Shown here one piece after another: positions 59,646 through 64,000 of a DNA stretch of 64,000 nt. The translations under genes and the position numbers were made by a program. Where the stretch lies: assembly GCA_944363575.1 (NCBI GenBank), contig CALVUJ010000022.1, forward strand, positions 1,518-65,517, in the 5' to 3' direction. How positions within the stretch are numbered: the first letter of the stretch is position 1; each line of letters starts with the position of its first letter. This DNA is from an uncultured Bacilli bacterium. GTDB taxonomy: Bacteria; Bacillota_I; Bacilli_A; RFN20; DUOF01. Below the pieces are notes generated by a model. The model did no database searches. It was not told where the DNA came from and worked only from the letters and a program-made list of their open reading frames with translations.

Positions 59646-61348
59646 ATTAAGTTATAATATTCTTGTTTTTGATTGTATAGAGAAATAGGTGTGCCTATTT
59701 CTTTTATTTTTCCATCTTTTATTACAATTATTTTATCGGCTTTTGTGATGGTGGATAATTGATGGGCGATAATGATTGTAGTTTTATTTTTGGTTATATT
59801 AGCAAGTGAGTTTTGAATCTCTAATTCATTTTTTGAGTCTATATTACTTGTAGCTTCATCCATTATAATTAAATCATGTTCTTTTATTAATGCTCTTGCA
59901 AAAATTAATAATTGTTGTTCTCCTTCTGATAATTGTCTATGTTCATCATTTATTATCTCATTGAACTTATTTGGTAGATTGTTAATTATATCTAGGCAAT
60001 TAGTTGCTTTACAGGCTTTTATTAATTCATCATTAGTTATATGATTGTTACCATATTTTAAATTGTTTTCAATAGTATCATTGAAGAGAAAGGTAGTTTG
60101 AGGAATTAAGGAGATTCTTTGATAATAAGATTTTAAATCATAGTTATAAATAGATTCATTGTTTATAAGAATTTCTCCTTTTTTTATATTATAAAATTGC
60201 ATAAGTAAATTTATAATAGTGGATTTTCCACTTCCTGTTTCTCCAACAATAGCTATTTTTTCGCCTTTTTTAATTACAAGATTTAAGTTTTCTATTAAAG
60301 GATTGTTGTTATAGGAGAAAGAGACATCTTTAAATTCTATGGTTTGTATTTCCTCTAATGGTAGGTTACCATGATGGATTTCTTCTTCTTCATCTAGAAG
60401 GGCAAAAATTCTTTTAGAAGCAGAAATAGATGATTGGATTTGACTTAGTAAAGAAGATAGACTATTTAGAGGGTTTGATAGTTGTTTTGTGTATTGTATT
60501 AAGGCTTGTATATCTCCGATTAAAAGTTTTCCTTTTAGGACATATGAAGAGCCTAAAAAGATTATGATGAAGTAAATGAAATAATTTATGATAGAAGTAA
60601 GAGGAGATACTAGGTTTGTTATTAGGGATGCTTGAAAATTAGTTTTAGTTAATTGTTTGTTGAGTTTTTGAAAGCTTAAAGACATATTTTGGGTATTGTT
60701 GTATAAGGAAATTGTTTGTGTATTAGTGTAACTTTCGTGAATTATGGAATTAAGGTAACCGTATTGGTTATAATATTTTTGATATTTCTTGCGAGATAAC
60801 TTTATGAAAAGTTTTCCTAGAAGATATGTAAGTGGAAGGGATGAAAGGATAATTAGGGTTAATTTTATGTTTATGGTAAAAAGGATGATAATAGTGCCAA
60901 TGGAGGTAATAAGATAGTTGGTTATTTTAGGTATGGCTTGGAGGAAGAGAGTGGAAATAGCTTCAATGTCATTGTTAAAGGTGGAGAGAATGTCACCAGT
61001 AGAATGGGTATCGTAGTATTTCATGGTTAATTTAGATAGTTTTTGATTGGTATCATTTTTTAATTTTATGAGTGCTTTTTCAGTGATATTGCTCATGATA
61101 TAATTTTCTGTATAAGAGGATAAGGCATTTATAATGTAAAATAGAGAGATAATGCTTATGATGGTGTATATATATTTAGTGTTTATGGGAGTTTTTTCGG
61201 TAAAAGAAAGTTGTAAGGAAGATAGAATGTCTCCTAGTAGTTTAGGGATGAAAATAGTAAAAGTAGAAGATAACATTACTAGTATTACTACTAAAGTAAT
61301 ATTCTTTTTATATGGTTTTAGATATGTTAGTAATCTTTTAAATATCAT
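59633..61348 (-). CDS. ABC exporter, fused TMD-NBD subunit (heterodimer partner 1)
   Basis: Six TM helices, Walker A GETGSGKST, signature LSEGEQQ and Walker B IIMDEATS. Confidence 0.85.
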   Translation of the reverse strand: MIFKRLLTYLKPYKKNITLVVILVMLSSTFTIFIPKLLGDILSSLQLSFTEKTPINTKYIYTIISIISLFYIINALSSYTENYIMSNITEKALIKLKNDTNQKLSKLTMKYYDTHSTGDILSTFNNDIEAISTLFLQAIPKITNYLITSIGTIIILFTINIKLTLIILSSLPLTYLLGKLFIKLSRKKYQKYYNQYGYLNSIIHESYTNTQTISLYNNTQNMSLSFQKLNKQLTKTNFQASLITNLVSPLTSIINYFIYFIIIFLGSSYVLKGKLLIGDIQALIQYTKQLSNPLNSLSSLLSQIQSSISASKRIFALLDEEEEIHHGNLPLEEIQTIEFKDVSFSYNNNPLIENLNLVIKKGEKIAIVGETGSGKSTIINLLMQFYNIKKGEILINNESIYNYDLKSYYQRISLIPQTTFLFNDTIENNLKYGNNHITNDELIKACKATNCLDIINNLPNKFNEIINDEHRQLSEGEQQLLIFARALIKEHDLIIMDEATSNIDSKNELEIQNSLANITKNKTTIIIAHQLSTITKADKIIVIKDGKIKEIGTPISLYNQKQEYYNLIQTL

Positions 61349-63041
61349 ATTCTATGACCTCCTTTTGTATTTCATACATTTGTTTATATAAAGGGCAGTT
61401 TTCTATAAGATTTTGATGGGTGCCAGAGGCTATTATTGAGCCATGGTCTATAACAAATATTTTGTCACAGTCTTTTATTGAAGAAATTCTTTTTGAAATA
61501 ATTATTAAGGTTTTGTTGTTATAATATTGCTTTAAATTCATGATAATTTGTTTTTCTGTGTGATAATCAAGATTATTAAAAGGTTCATCTAATATGATAG
61601 TATTAGAGGGTTTAGCTAAGGCACGTGCTAGTGCAATTCTTTGCTTTTGGCCTCCTGAAAGATTGGCTCCTTTTTCTTCAAGTTTATAATTAAGTTTTTC
61701 TTCTTTTTGTAAGATGAAATTAGTTAAATTAGTTGTGTGTATAATTTTTGATATTTCTTCTTTAGTTATATTAGGGTTAGCAAAAGAAATGTTTTCAAGA
61801 ATTGTTCCTTTAAGTATTGAAGGGTTTTGGGGAACATATGTTATATTATTAGTTAAATCGTTTCGAGTTAAATCATTAATATTTAAATTGTTTATTTGGA
61901 TTTTTCCTTCATAATCTTCTTCTTTTAATAAGAGTTTTATAAGCGTTGATTTGCCACTTCCAGTTGGGCCAATAATTCCTATTTTTTCTTCTTTTTTGAT
62001 AGTTAAATTGATGTTTTTTAAGATGTTTTTTGTTTCATAGGAGAAAGATACGTTGTTAAAATTAATAGTATCTATATCAATGTTTAAAGGGGTGTTATTG
62101 ATATGGTATGTAGAGGAACTTAGAACTTCATTTATTCTGTTTAAGGAAACATTTGTTTTAGGGAGAATGAGGATAATCATGGAGAGCATTATAATAGATA
62201 GAAGTATTTGTAAGATATATTGAATGGAGGCCATGATAGTTCCTGTTTCTATATTTTTGTTGATGCTTATTATAATAATAGTAATGGTTATAGCATTTAC
62301 CATTAAGGTTATTGTTGGGGTTATAAAAGAAGATATGTTTATTAATTTTTGTGATGTTTTTAGATAGTCTTGAGTAGCATTTGTATAAAGGTCTTCTTGG
62401 CTTTTTAAATTATTGTATGATTTGATGATTTTGAAACCAGTTATTTTTTCTTTTATAAGTTTGTTTAAATGATCGATTTTTTCTTGAATTTTCTTAGATA
62501 ATGGGGCTATTTTTAATACAACAAATATTAAAAAAATTATTAGAAAAATTATAGATAAAATTAAGATAAGTAAAAAGTTTTTATTGATTGTTTTAAGCGC
62601 TACTATGCAACCAATAAATAAAATAGGGGATTTAAAAATAATGCTTAGAAAAGATATAAGGAAGCCTTTTATTTGATCTATATCCTGGTTAGTTCTAGTT
62701 ATTAGGGAAGATATTTTAAATTTTGATAGTTCTTTTTCTTTTAAGGAAATAGTTTGGGTAAATAGTTGGTTGCGAATATTATGAGAGCATTTTATGCTTA
62801 TACGGTTTATTAAAAGGTTAATGAAGATGTTTAGGAAAATGCTGATAGATATAAAAATAGTCATTAAAATAATTATTTTTTTTATATAATCAATTCCATA
62901 GTTTTGTGTAATACCAACATTGATAGCATTGGCTAGTAAAAGGGGAATTGTTAGTTCAAAAGTCGTACTTAGATATGTGAAAACAAGTATTAGTAGTAGT
63001 GAAATTTTGTGCTTTAGTAATTCGTTTAATAAAATTCTCAT
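61338..63041 (-). CDS. ABC exporter, fused TMD-NBD subunit (heterodimer partner 2)
   Basis: Walker A GPTGSGKST, signature LSGGQKQR and Walker B ILDEPFNN. Overlaps the partner gene. Confidence 0.85.
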   Translation of the reverse strand: MRILLNELLKHKISLLLILVFTYLSTTFELTIPLLLANAINVGITQNYGIDYIKKIIILMTIFISISIFLNIFINLLINRISIKCSHNIRNQLFTQTISLKEKELSKFKISSLITRTNQDIDQIKGFLISFLSIIFKSPILFIGCIVALKTINKNFLLILILSIIFLIIFLIFVVLKIAPLSKKIQEKIDHLNKLIKEKITGFKIIKSYNNLKSQEDLYTNATQDYLKTSQKLINISSFITPTITLMVNAITITIIIISINKNIETGTIMASIQYILQILLSIIMLSMIILILPKTNVSLNRINEVLSSSTYHINNTPLNIDIDTINFNNVSFSYETKNILKNINLTIKKEEKIGIIGPTGSGKSTLIKLLLKEEDYEGKIQINNLNINDLTRNDLTNNITYVPQNPSILKGTILENISFANPNITKEEISKIIHTTNLTNFILQKEEKLNYKLEEKGANLSGGQKQRIALARALAKPSNTIILDEPFNNLDYHTEKQIIMNLKQYYNNKTLIIISKRISSIKDCDKIFVIDHGSIIASGTHQNLIENCPLYKQMYEIQKEVIEYDI

Positions 63042-63154
63042 GAAAAATCCTCCAATATGTATTGGACAGGATTATTTTAAGATTATACTAAAGGTTGTGA
63101 AGGGATATGTCAATAATTGCTTTGAAATATTTTGTGGAATATGTAGATGAAAAA

Positions 63155-63195
63155 TTGAATTTGGAATAAAATGTAATTTTATTCACAAATTTCAA
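63155..63195. promoter_or_regulatory. Imperfect ~41-bp palindrome (core GAATAAAAT-gta-ATTTTATTC), candidate operator
   Basis: Sits in the divergent intergenic region between the ABC exporter operon and the beta-helix protein gene. Confidence 0.4.
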
Positions 63196-63283
63196 ATTAA
63201 AAATCTTACTTTGTTGAATAATTTCAGTGGAAGTTATAATATTTATATAACCCGAAGTTTGGGTTTGTTAGGAGGAGTGCGTT

Positions 63284-64000
63284 ATGAAGTACTTAGACAA
63301 TTCTTCTAAAAAGGTAAGTTTCAAGGTAACTAGTTTAGCTAAGTATCTTGTTTTAATAGTTGTTTCTTTATTTGTTGGAATATTTTTTAAGGGGATGAAA
63401 GTTGAGGCTACGATTTATTGCGATGGTTCTGTTTCTAGTTATACTTTTTCTCAAGCAGTTGCTAATTGTTCAACTATAAAGACTAATGAAAATTTAACTG
63501 TTTCTTTGACTATTGCTTCGGGTCAGACAAAAACGATTGAATTTTATGATAACTCAACTGGAAACCAAGGGTTGCGTAGTTCTTCTGCTTATGGTTATGC
63601 TATAACAAATAATGGAACGTTGACTTTGAGAGGTGATGGACATTTAACTGGTAGAGCAAATTACGCTAGTTCTGTGTATGGAGCTATTAAAAACACTGGT
63701 ACGTTGTCATTCGATTATAGCAGTAATTTTAACATTTACAATGGAAGTAATAGTTCAGGAACTACGTTTTATGGCGTTGGTGTATACAATACTGGTACGG
63801 TATATGTACGATCGAGTGCAAGTATTACTGGAGAACGTTATCCAATATATTCAAAGGAAGGAAGAGTTAATGTTTATGGATCAATCAAACATCCTCTTGA
63901 TTCTAATCATCGAGGGTTGTATTCAATATACAATGGTAGTGATTCTGAAGTATATCTTTCTGGTGAGGTGAGTTCTGTACATAATTACGGATACATTAGT
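63284..64000 (+). CDS. Secreted repeat protein with NNGT/NTGT beta-helix-like repeats (3' end outside the window)
   Basis: RBS ggagga and an N-terminal signal/TM segment. YGYAITNNGTLTL, YGAIKNTGTLSF and GVYNTGTVYV repeats recur about every 30 aa. Open to the window end. Confidence 0.6.
   Translation, partial: MKYLDNSSKKVSFKVTSLAKYLVLIVVSLFVGIFFKGMKVEATIYCDGSVSSYTFSQAVANCSTIKTNENLTVSLTIASGQTKTIEFYDNSTGNQGLRSSSAYGYAITNNGTLTLRGDGHLTGRANYASSVYGAIKNTGTLSFDYSSNFNIYNGSNSSGTTFYGVGVYNTGTVYVRSSASITGERYPIYSKEGRVNVYGSIKHPLDSNHRGLYSIYNGSDSEVYLSGEVSSVHNYGYIS

Noticed and set aside
63678-63971. 97-aa ORF near the window end
   Set aside because: It is out of frame within the longer open-ended reading frame starting at 63284, which has an RBS, a signal peptide and repeat structure.
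1-64000. CRISPR arrays, rRNA or tRNA genes
   Set aside because: No regularly spaced short direct repeats and no rRNA or tRNA sequence signatures were noticed on reading either strand, so none is reported.

Overview
This is a low-GC Firmicutes-type window that uses the standard genetic code. Most of it is housekeeping DNA whose gene order closely follows Bacillus subtilis regions, inferred from the order of the recognised protein families on the six-frame track. Recognised blocks, in order: recD2 (5' partial) with an AI-2E transporter; the sufC-sufD-sufS-sufU-sufB operon; ruvX, a DUF1292 gene and greA; ynzC, tkt, sirA-like, yneF, plsY, parE and parC; degV and an ABC-2 transporter; gltX; a T-box leader followed by a hisS-like gene and aspS, then a 6S-like RNA candidate; yqfC and yqfD; ybeY, cdd, era, recO, glyQS, dnaG, sigA and trmK; then cshB, nfo, a yqfT-like gene, rpmG and an MBL hydrolase gene. 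Accessory content is interspersed among these blocks. First, a roughly 985-aa modular repeat lipoprotein. Second, a standalone C39 peptidase-domain protein. Third, an insertion between trmK and cshB that carries a multiply disrupted ABC exporter with an upstream leader peptide plus terminator resembling an attenuator, followed by a dUTPase-like gene and a membrane-anchored EEP hydrolase gene. Fourth, an HExxH lipoprotein cluster. Fifth, a repeat-flanked intergenic element containing a terminated small-RNA candidate. Sixth, a 3'-terminal beta-helix-like repeat protein (partial at the window edge). Other points: an A17 homopolymer inside a COG2509 gene, an unannotated rpmG with a GTG start, and a 37-aa YjcZ-like peptide gene. 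No CRISPR, rRNA or tRNA genes were seen.
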